From Bacilli bacterium (GTDB lineage: Bacteria > Bacillota_I > Bacilli_A > RFN20 > CAG-826): DNA of 64,000 bases. The position numbers and the translations under genes were made by a program. Shown piece by piece: positions 8,701 to 17,668 of the stretch. Location: positions 311,859 through 375,858 of the forward strand of contig JALCDB010000001.1 of assembly GCA_022641095.1 (NCBI GenBank), in the 5' to 3' direction. The first letter of the stretch is position 1. Every line of letters begins with the position of its first letter. Below the pieces are notes generated by a model. That model did not search any database, had not been told where the DNA came from, and saw only the letters and a program-made list of their open reading frames with translations.

Positions 8701-10215
8701 AGAAGCGTTATGCGAGACGATGATGGCGTCCCCGATGAAGTCGCAAATCTTCCTAATGCAGTCCTTCATAAGGGGCTTGTCTTTCACCATGTCGTCGCTG
8801 ATATGGGTCTTGGCGGTGATCTTATCGGGAATATGGACCCCCGGGTTCACGAGTTGGTCGAAACGCGAGACGACTTGGCCGTTCTCGACGATGACCCCGC
8901 CGAATTCGGTGATGCGGTCATAGTGGGAGCTTAGGCCGGTCGTTTCGGTATCGAGCACGCAGTAACGGGCTTTGCTGAGAAGAAGGTCACAGGGGTTATA
9001 GACATATTCCGGAGTGGGGTCGAACATGTAGAACTCACAGCCATAGATGGGTTTGAGCCCATTGTCCTTGCAGGCCTTTTGCATCGCCGGGAACGATTGG
9101 ATGTCCCCGTGGTCGGTGACCGCGATGGCGCTCATGCCCATGTTCTTGGCGAGGGCGCAATACTCGGCTGGGTCGCCGATCCCATCCATCGCCGACATAT
9201 TGGTGTGAAGGTGGAGCTCGACGCGCTTGGCCACTTCGGGATCGCTACGAAGGGGTGGGGCTGATAGGAGGTCGATGAATTGGCACATGACGATCGGTTC
9301 GCCGGTGAACTTATCGGGTTGGATATAGCCGCGGATGCGGACATAAGATCCCACTTTGACGGAATTGACGGATTCGTTGCTGAGGCCACTGCGACCGCCG
9401 GCGAACGCGCGAACCGCGACGGCGCTACGCTCATCGCCGATGCCGTAAGCGCCCGTAGGGAGGCCTTTTCGGCCCAACTTCACCGTCGATTCGAAGCAAC
9501 GGCCCGCGAATTCGACGTTTCCGCTTGGAAGGCTATAGATCTCCTCGATGGAATGGAGCTTAAGATACTCGCCGCGGCGGTTGGCGCCCCGATAAAGGTC
9601 GTTGGCTTTTTGCCGCTCGGCGGCGGCGAGGTACTGGGCTTGGGCCGCTTCGACTTCGGCCTGGCTTTCCTTTTCCTCGTCGCTCATGGGCTCATCCGTG
9701 GAAGGCGTATCGCCATCGGATGGTTTCATCGTGGGGGACGTTTCCTCAGCCTTGGGCTCAGAAACAGGCGCGTTTTCTTTCTTTTCGACGATAAGGAAAG
9801 GATAGGTCAGGAAGCGCAGGAGGCCCGCGAAGTCCCTCAGAATCGAACCGACGTCGCTCGCGTCGGCCCCTTCGTGGATTTGGGGATGGATCCGCCCTCC
9901 GCCATCGCTAACGAACGATAGGGGGGCGATGCCGTGATACATCGCGAGGTACCACCCTTCGAAAAGTTCCTCGACGTCGTTGACCGACGGGGCCTTCTCA
10001 TAGCTGAAGCGCAGGTTATAGGCATAACGGATGGAGGCGATGGCTTCCTGAAACTCCTCAAGGGAGGCGCTCTCCCATGGGGTTTCCTTGCGGATTGTCA
10101 TGTTGACGATATTCCTATCGGCGGGGTCGCGTCCGACCATCTCGAAATCCATGTCGAAACGCTCGGGATCGGCGATCCCGAGGGACGAAAGGAAACGACG
10201 CATTTTCTCCATCAT
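5764..10215 (-). CDS. polC: DNA polymerase III PolC-type
   Basis: PHP (ELHLHTNMS, TDHG), embedded exonuclease (DTETTG), SRGSVGSS, PDIDLNF, KLDLLGH. Confidence 0.98.
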   Translation of the reverse strand: MMEKMRRFLSSLGIADPERFDMDFEMVGRDPADRNIVNMTIRKETPWESASLEEFQEAIASIRYAYNLRFSYEKAPSVNDVEELFEGWYLAMYHGIAPLSFVSDGGGRIHPQIHEGADASDVGSILRDFAGLLRFLTYPFLIVEKKENAPVSEPKAEETSPTMKPSDGDTPSTDEPMSDEEKESQAEVEAAQAQYLAAAERQKANDLYRGANRRGEYLKLHSIEEIYSLPSGNVEFAGRCFESTVKLGRKGLPTGAYGIGDERSAVAVRAFAGGRSGLSNESVNSVKVGSYVRIRGYIQPDKFTGEPIVMCQFIDLLSAPPLRSDPEVAKRVELHLHTNMSAMDGIGDPAEYCALAKNMGMSAIAVTDHGDIQSFPAMQKACKDNGLKPIYGCEFYMFDPTPEYVYNPCDLLLSKARYCVLDTETTGLSSHYDRITEFGGVIVENGQVVSRFDQLVNPGVHIPDKITAKTHISDDMVKDKPLMKDCIRKICDFIGDAIIVSHNASFDIGFLDAARERAGLPPLTNPAVDTLALSHFLFPEASSHRLGSLSRRLGLSTYNDDDAHRADFDAEALNAVWEAILAKLNPRGDKRHCDLKDLEVNKTWFPKLSDGQLTDVRSMFYQHLHSSHMIALVKNAEGLREMYRLISLSNTDYMGSDNLPKIPRSELEKGHRNLLFGSACFNSDVFEMAKTRSYEDLKKAISFYDYVEIQPLENYSYLINIGDFDKERLLDMLKTIMRAADELHKPIVATGDVHYVNPEDKVCRDVYIFGKLLGGGRHPLNPNFRDRLPLFDNPDQHFRSTKEMLDSFSSWLPEGKAREIVVKNTNLIADMVEPVYPVKPDIFPPNANLPDSAARIKDICYANLKKHYGDNPDPLIKERLDKELAGVIGHGYSVTYYIAHCIIKKANEDGYFIGSRGSVGSSFAATMADITEVNPLPPHYVCPKCHHFEWSKDPSVHSGFDLPDKVCPECGEKMLANGQNIPFEVFLGFHAEKVPDIDLNFPPDYQAKAHDYTRTLLGPRNCFRAGTISTVAQKTAYGMVRGYYERIGKDPDGIPRSQIAKIATRCTGVKRTTGQHPGGIVVIPSDMNVFDFTPFQHPADDLHSDWLTTHYEFASMHDEVLKLDLLGHVDPLAIRKMCAASSVDMMSIPMNDKKVLSLFSSPAELKMSDNPLHFETGAVAMPEFGTSFVQGILAESRPKTFNDLLIISGLSHGTDVWNNNAEDLIRSKTATLEEVIGCRDDIMTYLIAHGIDNSKAFKIMEYVRKNKVGKPLREEDIAEMKAHNVPDYYINSCKKIRYLFPRAHATAYVIDAVRVAWFKLYHPLEFYAVYFSVRCDNYDLSVMKGDVKGVLDRLEEYKRRENNRADPLSNKEVEIQKVLTVEVEMLERGFTMGNIDLYRSQADDFVVDHERKMLIPPFKVISGLGAQAGETVVEARKKGPFISKEDLCNRTKLSETNIKDLSDLGALGDLGETNQMSLFDFVK

Positions 10216-10233
10216 GGCAACAACCTCCTTTCC

Positions 10234-11952
10234 TTAGAAAAGACCGGCGACGTCTTTGACCGTGATCAAAATGGCGAATAAGAAGAGCAAAGACAGACCG
10301 ACGATGGTGAACCAGCCTTTGACCTTGGCGGGAATCCGCCATTTGACGTAAAGAACCTCCCCTTCCTTAAGCTCGACTGGGTAAGCGAGGGAATCCTTTG
10401 ACTTCCCTTCCGAAGGCGGAATAGGCTCGTAAGAAACGACTCCGCTTTCGGCGGCGATGGAACTTTGGCGGTCGCTTTGCGAGCTTTTCCGTTTTTCCTC
10501 GGCCTTCATCGGCGGCAGGTAGTCGACGATCCTCTTTCCGCTATGGGCCTTTTTGAATCGCGAACGTTTGACGCCGTTGACGATGGCTTCGATTATGGTG
10601 ACAAGGAGCTGCCAGCCGTCAAGCCCCGGGAAAGGCAAGAGATTGAAGAAAGCAAGGTTGATCGAGATGACCCCGGCGTAGTAGAAAATCGTCGCCGCGT
10701 CGTTCATGTTCGTGAGGGTGGCGGTCATTCCAACGATACCAGAGGCGTTTTGCCAACCCGAGGTCGTGAAAAGGGTGCCGATGCCTTTGATGATGGCGAC
10801 GTTGGCGTAACTGACGTCTTCGCCCCATTGGCTCCAAGCCCTTTGGGCGCTGTTGCGCCCGCTTACGACTTTTAGGGACAGGCCCGGTTCGCTCCATCCT
10901 TTCCCGTCGACGGTAAGGCGGGTCGAGACCGTGATTCGGGAATCGTTGAAATGGCTGATTCCGTCCTTTAAAGGGAAAAGGGTGGTGTCAAGGTCGAAAT
11001 ACACGTCGCCGTCATCGAGTTTGGAGGGGTCGAATTCCTTGTTGGTGGCTTTGTAATCGTAGGGATCGGGAACGTCGGGGAAATGAGTCACGCCGATTTT
11101 CGCGAAAAGGTCGCTTACGCTCGCGGGGTCGATGGAGGCGGCCGGATAAAGGTGCAGATCGCCTGAGATGCCATGGACACTCGTGAGAGCGCCGCTCGAA
11201 GGGGTGTAAACGGCCACATAGGTCGTGGCGTTGCCATCGAGGCCTTTGTATGGGGTTCCGTCTTTGTTATAAATCGTGATGTCGCTATCGATGATGGGTC
11301 CGTAATTGGAGGTTTTGATGACCTTCTCGCCCGTTGAGGAGGTCGCGGGAACGTAATACAGAGTTCCCTCGAAAAGGCAATAATCCTCGGAAAGGAAGTC
11401 AGGGCTCTTCGCGGATTCGAAGGCGGTTTCGTATTCATCCGCGAACGAAACCGGGACATAGGCCGATCCGAGGGCCTCCGCCGCCTGGGAAGGCGTGTAG
11501 TCGCGCGCGGGCAACGAGGTGGACGGCTCCTCCGCCCCCGAATCGCGATAGGCGATGCCATAGTAGTACTGCGTGAAAGCGCTCGTGGAAACAAGGATCA
11601 AAACGAGGCCAAGAAGGTAATTGACGACCACGCCGGCGCAAAGGATGATGCATTTCTTCCATTTGGCGATGCCCTCGATGCTTCGGCTGGACGAAGGCGT
11701 GGCGAAGCCATCGGGCACGACGCCTGGTTCGCCATACATCGAAACGTAACCGCCTAGAGGAATGACGCGAAGCGAGAAATAAGTTTCGCCTTTTTTCCGT
11801 TTGACGTGAAGGAAAGCCGGTCCGAAGCCGATCGAATAATCGAAGCAATAGACGTGGAACAGCTTGGCGAAAAACAAATGCCCCGCCTCATGAAGCGAGA
11901 TGAGCACCCCAAGGATGAGGATCATAATAAGGATATAAAGAAAGGTGGTCAT
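10234..11952 (-). CDS. rseP: Site-2 intramembrane metalloprotease RseP/RasP
   Basis: HEAGH zinc motif, SIGFGP, NLLPFPGLDG; position after dxr. Confidence 0.92.
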   Translation of the reverse strand: MTTFLYILIMILILGVLISLHEAGHLFFAKLFHVYCFDYSIGFGPAFLHVKRKKGETYFSLRVIPLGGYVSMYGEPGVVPDGFATPSSSRSIEGIAKWKKCIILCAGVVVNYLLGLVLILVSTSAFTQYYYGIAYRDSGAEEPSTSLPARDYTPSQAAEALGSAYVPVSFADEYETAFESAKSPDFLSEDYCLFEGTLYYVPATSSTGEKVIKTSNYGPIIDSDITIYNKDGTPYKGLDGNATTYVAVYTPSSGALTSVHGISGDLHLYPAASIDPASVSDLFAKIGVTHFPDVPDPYDYKATNKEFDPSKLDDGDVYFDLDTTLFPLKDGISHFNDSRITVSTRLTVDGKGWSEPGLSLKVVSGRNSAQRAWSQWGEDVSYANVAIIKGIGTLFTTSGWQNASGIVGMTATLTNMNDAATIFYYAGVISINLAFFNLLPFPGLDGWQLLVTIIEAIVNGVKRSRFKKAHSGKRIVDYLPPMKAEEKRKSSQSDRQSSIAAESGVVSYEPIPPSEGKSKDSLAYPVELKEGEVLYVKWRIPAKVKGWFTIVGLSLLFLFAILITVKDVAGLF

Positions 11953-11955
11953 GAG

Positions 11956-13110
11956 TTAGTGGGTTCCCCCGAATCTGCGTTCGACGAGCATTCGCGCATA
12001 GGCGTCCGCCCGCAAAATGTCGCGAAGGGTTGGCTTCATTATATGGGGTATCTCCCGCAAAGCCAACGCGCAGGCGCGCTCAATGGACAAAAAGGGCATT
12101 TTGCCTTCGAGGAAAAGACGATCCGCCACTTCGTTGGCGGCGTTAAGGACGCACGGAGCCGTCCCGCCTTTCTTAAAGGCGTCGAGGCACATCCCGACGG
12201 CCGGATAACGTTCTGGGGTGAACTTGTGGAAATGGAAAGGCCCCAGTTCGTTTAAGGTCTTCGCCCTTTGCACTTCGTAAGGCCCCTTCCCTTCGTAAAG
12301 GGCATAGGCGATGGGCCCCTTCATGTCGGCTGGCCCGACATCGGCCACGTAAGAGCCGTCCTTCAGGCGAAGGGCGCTGTGGACCTGGCTTTCGTCGTGA
12401 AGAACGATCTCCATGCGGGAAAGGGGCCAATCGAAAAGATAATGGGCCTCGATAAGCTCAAAGCCCTTGTTCATCATCGTGGCGCTGTCGACCGTGATCT
12501 TCGGCCCCATTTTCCATGTGGGATGGCAAAGGCCCATCGCGGGCGTCACGTTTTCAAGCTCGTCCCGGCGAAGGTTCCGGAAAGCGCCGCCCGAAGCGGT
12601 CAAGACAAGCTTATCCACCGCTTGGCGGTTCACTTTGCGGAGGCACTTGCTCAGGGCCACGTGCTCGCTGTCGATCGGATAAACGACCCCGCGACTGGTG
12701 GCTAAAAGCGCCTTGACCAACTCCCCGCCGACGACGAGGGACTCTTTGTTCGATAGGCAAAGGATTTTCCCTAAACGAAGCGTCTTGAGAGTCGGAACGA
12801 GGCCCACAAAACCGACGAGGGCGTTCTCGACCATCTCGCAATCCGATTCCTCAATGAGGGAAGAGAGGCCTTCCTCCCCCTCGAAAACATTGAGTTTCGG
12901 ATAAGCGATTCGAAGCGAGGCGGCATCGGCTTCCTCCTCGACGCAGAGGTGGGTTATGGATGGGAACCGCTTCAAAATAGCCGGAATTTTAGCCACTTGA
13001 TGGCCAACGGAAATGGCCTTAAGGCAAAAAGAGGCGGGATCCGCCCCGATGACGTCAAGCGATTGGCTTCCGACGTTGCCCGAAGCCCCAAGCAAACAAA
13101 GATTGCGCAT
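11956..13110 (-). CDS. dxr: 1-deoxy-D-xylulose 5-phosphate reductoisomerase
   Basis: LLGASGNVG, NKESLV, PIDSEH, TASGG, WKMGPKITVDSATMMNKG; start moved to ATG 13110. Confidence 0.96.
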   Translation of the reverse strand: MRNLCLLGASGNVGSQSLDVIGADPASFCLKAISVGHQVAKIPAILKRFPSITHLCVEEEADAASLRIAYPKLNVFEGEEGLSSLIEESDCEMVENALVGFVGLVPTLKTLRLGKILCLSNKESLVVGGELVKALLATSRGVVYPIDSEHVALSKCLRKVNRQAVDKLVLTASGGAFRNLRRDELENVTPAMGLCHPTWKMGPKITVDSATMMNKGFELIEAHYLFDWPLSRMEIVLHDESQVHSALRLKDGSYVADVGPADMKGPIAYALYEGKGPYEVQRAKTLNELGPFHFHKFTPERYPAVGMCLDAFKKGGTAPCVLNAANEVADRLFLEGKMPFLSIERACALALREIPHIMKPTLRDILRADAYARMLVERRFGGTH

Positions 13111-13111
13111 G

Positions 13112-14170
13112 TCAGATGAAGAGGTTCCAGCCGTTGGTAAGGAAAATAAGGAAAGCGGAAACGCCAAGGCAAGCGAACAAATCGCTGCCGACCCGGTCGA
13201 TCATCCCCCCATGTCCTCTTAGGAGCGTGCCATAATCCTTGATTCCGTAATGGCGCTTGATGAAACTGAAGGAAAGGTCGCCCAAATCGCCTAAAAGCGG
13301 AATCACGATCGAGAGGGCGACGATCCAATACCAATTTCCCGCCCGCAAAGTCGGGAGCATCGGAAACCCGCAGAAAGTGAGGGGAAGCGCGAAAAGAAGG
13401 CAGCAAACGGTTCCCATGGCCCAACCCCCGAAGAAACCCACCCAGGTCTTATGGGGCGAGACTTTCACGTTGAGTTTCCGTTTGCCGAACAGCGAACCTA
13501 AGACATAGGCGAACGTGTCGTTGATCGTGGTCCCGATGAAGACGAAGCAAAGCAGGGAGGTCGAAAGCCCGTATTTGAAAATCGGCATGCCGATAAGGGT
13601 CTTGCCGTCGACGCCGGCGAAAACAAGGGCCTGGCTTTGGTATTCGGGGAAAGAGCCGAAAAGGTAGAAAGGGTAATAACGAACGAAGAAAGCCGCTTGG
13701 AAACCCAAACCCAGCAAAAGGGAGAAAGTGATGAAATACGAGACGTCGTCGAACGTGAGCGAATGGCCGATGATACCCATGAGAAGATAACCGAATATGG
13801 CGACGGCCAGTCCGATGACCGAAACGTCGAGGGTCGAGAAATGCTCCTCAAGGGAGAAATGGAACTCGGCGCCGCTCCGCTGGGCCTCAATGAGGGCAAA
13901 AGCGTTGCTCTTGATGATGAACCAATAAGTGAAAGAGAAAACGAAAAGGTAGGTGAAAACCCAGAAATACCATGGATACTTTTTCCCCGTCGCATGGATC
14001 ATCTCGTAAATCGCGAAGCAAAGGACGACCGCTATGACGAAAAAGAAAACCCAGCCGCCAAGGAAAAAGGCGGGTAAAATGACGGCTATCAGGATAAGGG
14101 CCACGATAGAGCGGTTAAGGAAGGAGGATTTGGCCTGCGGGGTTATCTCGTTCATTTCCGGTTTACTCAT
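13112..14170 (-). CDS. cdsA: Phosphatidate cytidylyltransferase
   Basis: SPHKTWVG, GDLSFSFIKR..IKDYG..L.GHGGMIDR; multi-TM. Confidence 0.95.
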   Translation of the reverse strand: MSKPEMNEITPQAKSSFLNRSIVALILIAVILPAFFLGGWVFFFVIAVVLCFAIYEMIHATGKKYPWYFWVFTYLFVFSFTYWFIIKSNAFALIEAQRSGAEFHFSLEEHFSTLDVSVIGLAVAIFGYLLMGIIGHSLTFDDVSYFITFSLLLGLGFQAAFFVRYYPFYLFGSFPEYQSQALVFAGVDGKTLIGMPIFKYGLSTSLLCFVFIGTTINDTFAYVLGSLFGKRKLNVKVSPHKTWVGFFGGWAMGTVCCLLFALPLTFCGFPMLPTLRAGNWYWIVALSIVIPLLGDLGDLSFSFIKRHYGIKDYGTLLRGHGGMIDRVGSDLFACLGVSAFLIFLTNGWNLFI

Positions 14171-14894
14171 TCGTTAGCCCTCCAAAGCGGCGATCGCGTC
14201 TTTGATATTCCTTTAAGCAGGCGACAAAGGCGTCTCGCTTGAAATCCGGCCATCTGACTCCGGTGAACACGAATTCGCTGTAAGCGCATTGGTAAAGCAT
14301 GTAATTGCTGATCCGTTCCTCGCCCGAGGTACGAATCAGCAAATCGACGTCAGGGAGATCCGGGACCCAAAAGAAATCGCGAAAACTCTTTTCGTCAAGG
14401 GAAGCGGGATCGAGTTGGTTTTCCTTGGCGAGCCGCGCGGCTTGGCGAGCCGCCCGGACGATCTCGTCGCGCCCACCGTAATTGAGACACACGTTGATGA
14501 CCCATTTTTTGTTGTTTTTCGTCCGCTCGATGGATTCGTAGCATACTCCCCTCGTCTTCTCGCGGATCCTCGTCAGGTCGCCCGAAACCACGATGCGGGT
14601 CCCGACCGAATCGAGATAATCGATTTCCTTCTTGAAGAAAAGCTCAAGGTAATCCATGAGATGGTCGATCTCTTCCTGCGGACGATTCCAATTTTCGGTC
14701 GAAAAAGCGAAGAACGACATATATTTGATACGAAATTCGCGGCAAACCTCAAAAAGCTCGATGATGCGGTTGCAGGCTTCTTTGTGCCCGAGGTAACGCG
14801 GCAATCCGCGCGAGGTGGCCCAACGGCCGTTCCCATCCATGATGAAAGCCACGTGGTCAAGTTTTTTGCTCAAAACGAATGGCTCTTTTTCCAT
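14163..14894 (-). CDS. uppS: cis-prenyl (undecaprenyl) diphosphate synthase
   Basis: HVAFIMDGNGRW, FSTENW, NYGGR, IRTSGEERISNY. Confidence 0.97.
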   Translation of the reverse strand: MEKEPFVLSKKLDHVAFIMDGNGRWATSRGLPRYLGHKEACNRIIELFEVCREFRIKYMSFFAFSTENWNRPQEEIDHLMDYLELFFKKEIDYLDSVGTRIVVSGDLTRIREKTRGVCYESIERTKNNKKWVINVCLNYGGRDEIVRAARQAARLAKENQLDPASLDEKSFRDFFWVPDLPDVDLLIRTSGEERISNYMLYQCAYSEFVFTGVRWPDFKRDAFVACLKEYQRRDRRFGGLTNE

Positions 14895-15035
14895 GCGGCT
14901 GAAATTATATCATGCGCGCCCATGGGCATGAAGGAGATGGCGCTCTTTTTCTCGCTTTGCCATCGAAAAGGGATGAAACATAGTGGCTTCGTCCCGAAGC
15001 GTCGACGAATCGCGCCCGAAAGAAGGAAAGGCTTC

Positions 15036-16487
15036 TCAGACCTCGGCCACGTAACCCACGAAAAGGGGGATGCCGAACCTGTCCTTGATGTAAAAGAGGA
15101 AGGGCGAATCGAGATCGACGACGTAGGTGTTATCCTCCTCAACCGGGGCGGCGGCGGCTCCTCCCAAGGAGAAGGTGACGCTTTTGGCGGTCGTGCCGTC
15201 CTCATCCATTGAGATCTCGTTTTTCTGATAGGTCTCCTCCAAATAGGCCGGAGCTCCATCAGGATAATCGGCGAAAGCTCCCGCCAAGGCGCTTGAAGAG
15301 GGGTCGTAGAGATCGCCTAGCCCCAATGAGGAGAGGGCCTCGTCGAACCGCAGTTTGCTCGACAGGGAGAATTTCGGCACCGTTAGATCGACGTATAAGG
15401 TGGAAGCCAGATTCTCCTCCGGCAAGGCGAAGATATCCTTCCCCGAGATAAGGGGCAATATATCGTCTCCGCTATCGCGAGGAGTCAGATAGACGATGTC
15501 AAGGCCATCGTTATACTGGTCGTCCACCGCCACGTAATCGCCGAACTCGTAGACGAGCCCGCCGTAAAGATGGTTCATGAAATCGATTTTTTGGGACTCG
15601 CCGCTCGCCGAGACGAACAGCCCCTCTTTCGTCTCGGCGGTCGAATAGCCGTTTCTCCAGGTTCCTTTGAAGCAGAAAGTCGAAAGAAGATAGAGAAGCG
15701 GATTCTCGCATTCCAGGTCCTCCGGGGAAACGAACCCATCCTCATCAACGCGCTCATTGGCCCACTTCGAAATCTCCGCGAAGGCTTTTTCGTTCGTGAA
15801 ATCGACCCCATAGGCTTCCGCATACATCGCGGTCAAAGCGTTCACGTAATCCCGGTTCGGCTCGTAGGCAGAACTGAGGAATGCGCCGTTATACATCTGA
15901 AGGTTGCCGTCCCCCTTGACGAAGTAGTCGTTCTCATAAGCCTCTCTGAACTTGGAGGCCCGTGAAGCGGCGTTGCCTCCCAAAAGGGAGTCGAATCCCG
16001 ACTGGTCCCCCACGGAAGCCGAAGAGGCCATCATGAGGTTGCCATAAAGGGAAAAAGGGGCGAAAGCGAAATTGCTCCCTCCGACGTCAAAAGCCCCGAA
16101 AACCGAATCCGTGAATTTCTGAACATCATCGACGAAGGTTGCCTCAATTTGGTTTTGCCCACCTGACAGCGAGGGGTATTCGACGGAATTCAGAGCCTTG
16201 AAGTAATCCTCCTTGAGAGCCGTTCCGACGTTTTGGGCGTAAACCCGCTTCTCCCGATGGAGCGATTCCTCCGTTCTAAGACCCATGGCCAAAACCGAAG
16301 ATATGGCGACCACGACGACGAGGCCGAAAGCGATTGCGATTCCCCACGCCGTCCAGCCAATGATCCCCTTGACGTTGACGTAGCGCCTCTCGTTGCTTGG
16401 GAGCGTCTCGACCGGAAACCGTTCCGGAACGGGCGAAAACGCTCGCAAATCGGCTTCGAAGGCCTTTCGTAAATCCGCTTTTTTCAT
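15036..16487 (-). CDS. Membrane-anchored serpin-domain protein (candidate anti-sigma factor)
   Basis: One TM helix at aa ~42-68, then serpin motifs: APFSL, FKGTW, PKF, hinge EDGTTAKSVT, DSPFLFYI...PLFVGYV. Confidence 0.85.
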   Translation of the reverse strand: MKKADLRKAFEADLRAFSPVPERFPVETLPSNERRYVNVKGIIGWTAWGIAIAFGLVVVVAISSVLAMGLRTEESLHREKRVYAQNVGTALKEDYFKALNSVEYPSLSGGQNQIEATFVDDVQKFTDSVFGAFDVGGSNFAFAPFSLYGNLMMASSASVGDQSGFDSLLGGNAASRASKFREAYENDYFVKGDGNLQMYNGAFLSSAYEPNRDYVNALTAMYAEAYGVDFTNEKAFAEISKWANERVDEDGFVSPEDLECENPLLYLLSTFCFKGTWRNGYSTAETKEGLFVSASGESQKIDFMNHLYGGLVYEFGDYVAVDDQYNDGLDIVYLTPRDSGDDILPLISGKDIFALPEENLASTLYVDLTVPKFSLSSKLRFDEALSSLGLGDLYDPSSSALAGAFADYPDGAPAYLEETYQKNEISMDEDGTTAKSVTFSLGGAAAAPVEEDNTYVVDLDSPFLFYIKDRFGIPLFVGYVAEV

Positions 16488-17002
16488 AAATCTCCTTTCT
16501 CGTAATGGGCCCTGATTTTGTCAAGAGCCCGCTTGTACTTCGACGAAACGGCGTTCACGCTGACGCCTTTGCCTTTCGCGATCTCGCGGAATTTAAAGCC
16601 GTAAAGGAAGCGATAGACCAGCAAATCGAGTTCCTCCCCGCTAAGGAAGGAGGAAAAACGTTCCAGATACTCCCCGAACGATTTGGTTTCCTCCTTCTGG
16701 ACACCAATCGCCTCTTCATATGGGACGAAGGATTCATGACGAAGGAAGTTGAGGGCAAGGTTCCGGCTCGTTTTCACGAGGTAATACTTGACCTTTTTGC
16801 CTTTCGTCAGTTTGTAGCGGCTCTCATAGAAGTTCGCGAAGGTTTGATTCGTTATGTCTTGGCTCGATGCCTCCTCATGGGTATAGGAAAAGGCTACGTA
16901 ATAAACGAGCAAGGAATACTCCTTGTATATCTCGTTGAAAGCCCCTTCCATCGTCGCTCGATCGAGCGACTTGAGGCGCGTGAGGGTATGATCGTGAATC
17001 AT
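16484..17002 (-). CDS. ECF (group 4) RNA polymerase sigma factor
   Basis: Region 2 (DITNQTF...YLVKTSRNLALNFLR) and region 4 (FKFREIA...VNAVSSKYKRALDKIR); 172 aa; ATGA overlap with the serpin gene. Confidence 0.9.
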   Translation of the reverse strand: MIHDHTLTRLKSLDRATMEGAFNEIYKEYSLLVYYVAFSYTHEEASSQDITNQTFANFYESRYKLTKGKKVKYYLVKTSRNLALNFLRHESFVPYEEAIGVQKEETKSFGEYLERFSSFLSGEELDLLVYRFLYGFKFREIAKGKGVSVNAVSSKYKRALDKIRAHYEKGDL

Positions 17003-17068
17003 GGCTTCGGTCGAGGTCTTTGCCTCAGTAAATAATACACGAGATGGTTCGTTTTTCGTCGGTCGAAA

Positions 17069-17096
17069 GAAAAAGGCGAAGCCAAAGCTTCGCCAT
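17069..17096 (-). terminator. Terminator after frr
   Basis: GGCGAAGC-ttt-GGCTTCGCC hairpin with a T run on the minus strand. Confidence 0.75.
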
Positions 17097-17113
17097 AAAA
17101 CGAGAAAGACGGG

Positions 17114-17668
17114 TCAGATCGCCATGATTTCCTTCGTTTTCTCAGCCAGGATGGCATCGATTTTCTTGTTGCTCTCGTCCACCGCTTTCTGGATATCCTC
17201 CTCGACGCGGTCCTTGTAATCGTCGGACATTGAGTCGTCGTCCTTTAGAAGCGAGAGATAGTCCCGCCGGACGTTGCGGACGCCGATTTTGGCTTCCTCG
17301 CCAAGGGCTTTGGCTCGCTTAGCGATATCGCGGCGGGTCTCTTCGGTGAGAGGCGGCACGATGATGCGGATGGCGTCGGCCTCCACTTGGGGATTCACCC
17401 CAAGGTTGGCCGCCGAGATGGCGGTAGCGACAGTCTTCAGATCCTCGCGGCTATAGGGGCACACCAAGAGCTGGCGCGGCTCCGGCATCGAAATCGAGCA
17501 AAGCGAGCCGATGTCCATTTTGTCGCCGTAGTATTCGCATTGGATGCCGTTAAGCATCGCCGGGTTGGCGCGGCTGCTGCGGAGCTTTCCTAGGCCCGTC
17601 TTGAAATTGCCGATGGCTTTTTCCATCTCGGCGGCGGCTTCTTTGGCTAAGGGATCCATATTGTTCAC
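17114..17668 (-). CDS. frr: Ribosome recycling factor
   Basis: RSSRANP, YYG, PPLTEETRR, VRNVRRD. Confidence 0.97.
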   Translation of the reverse strand: MNNMDPLAKEAAAEMEKAIGNFKTGLGKLRSSRANPAMLNGIQCEYYGDKMDIGSLCSISMPEPRQLLVCPYSREDLKTVATAISAANLGVNPQVEADAIRIIVPPLTEETRRDIAKRAKALGEEAKIGVRNVRRDYLSLLKDDDSMSDDYKDRVEEDIQKAVDESNKKIDAILAEKTKEIMAI

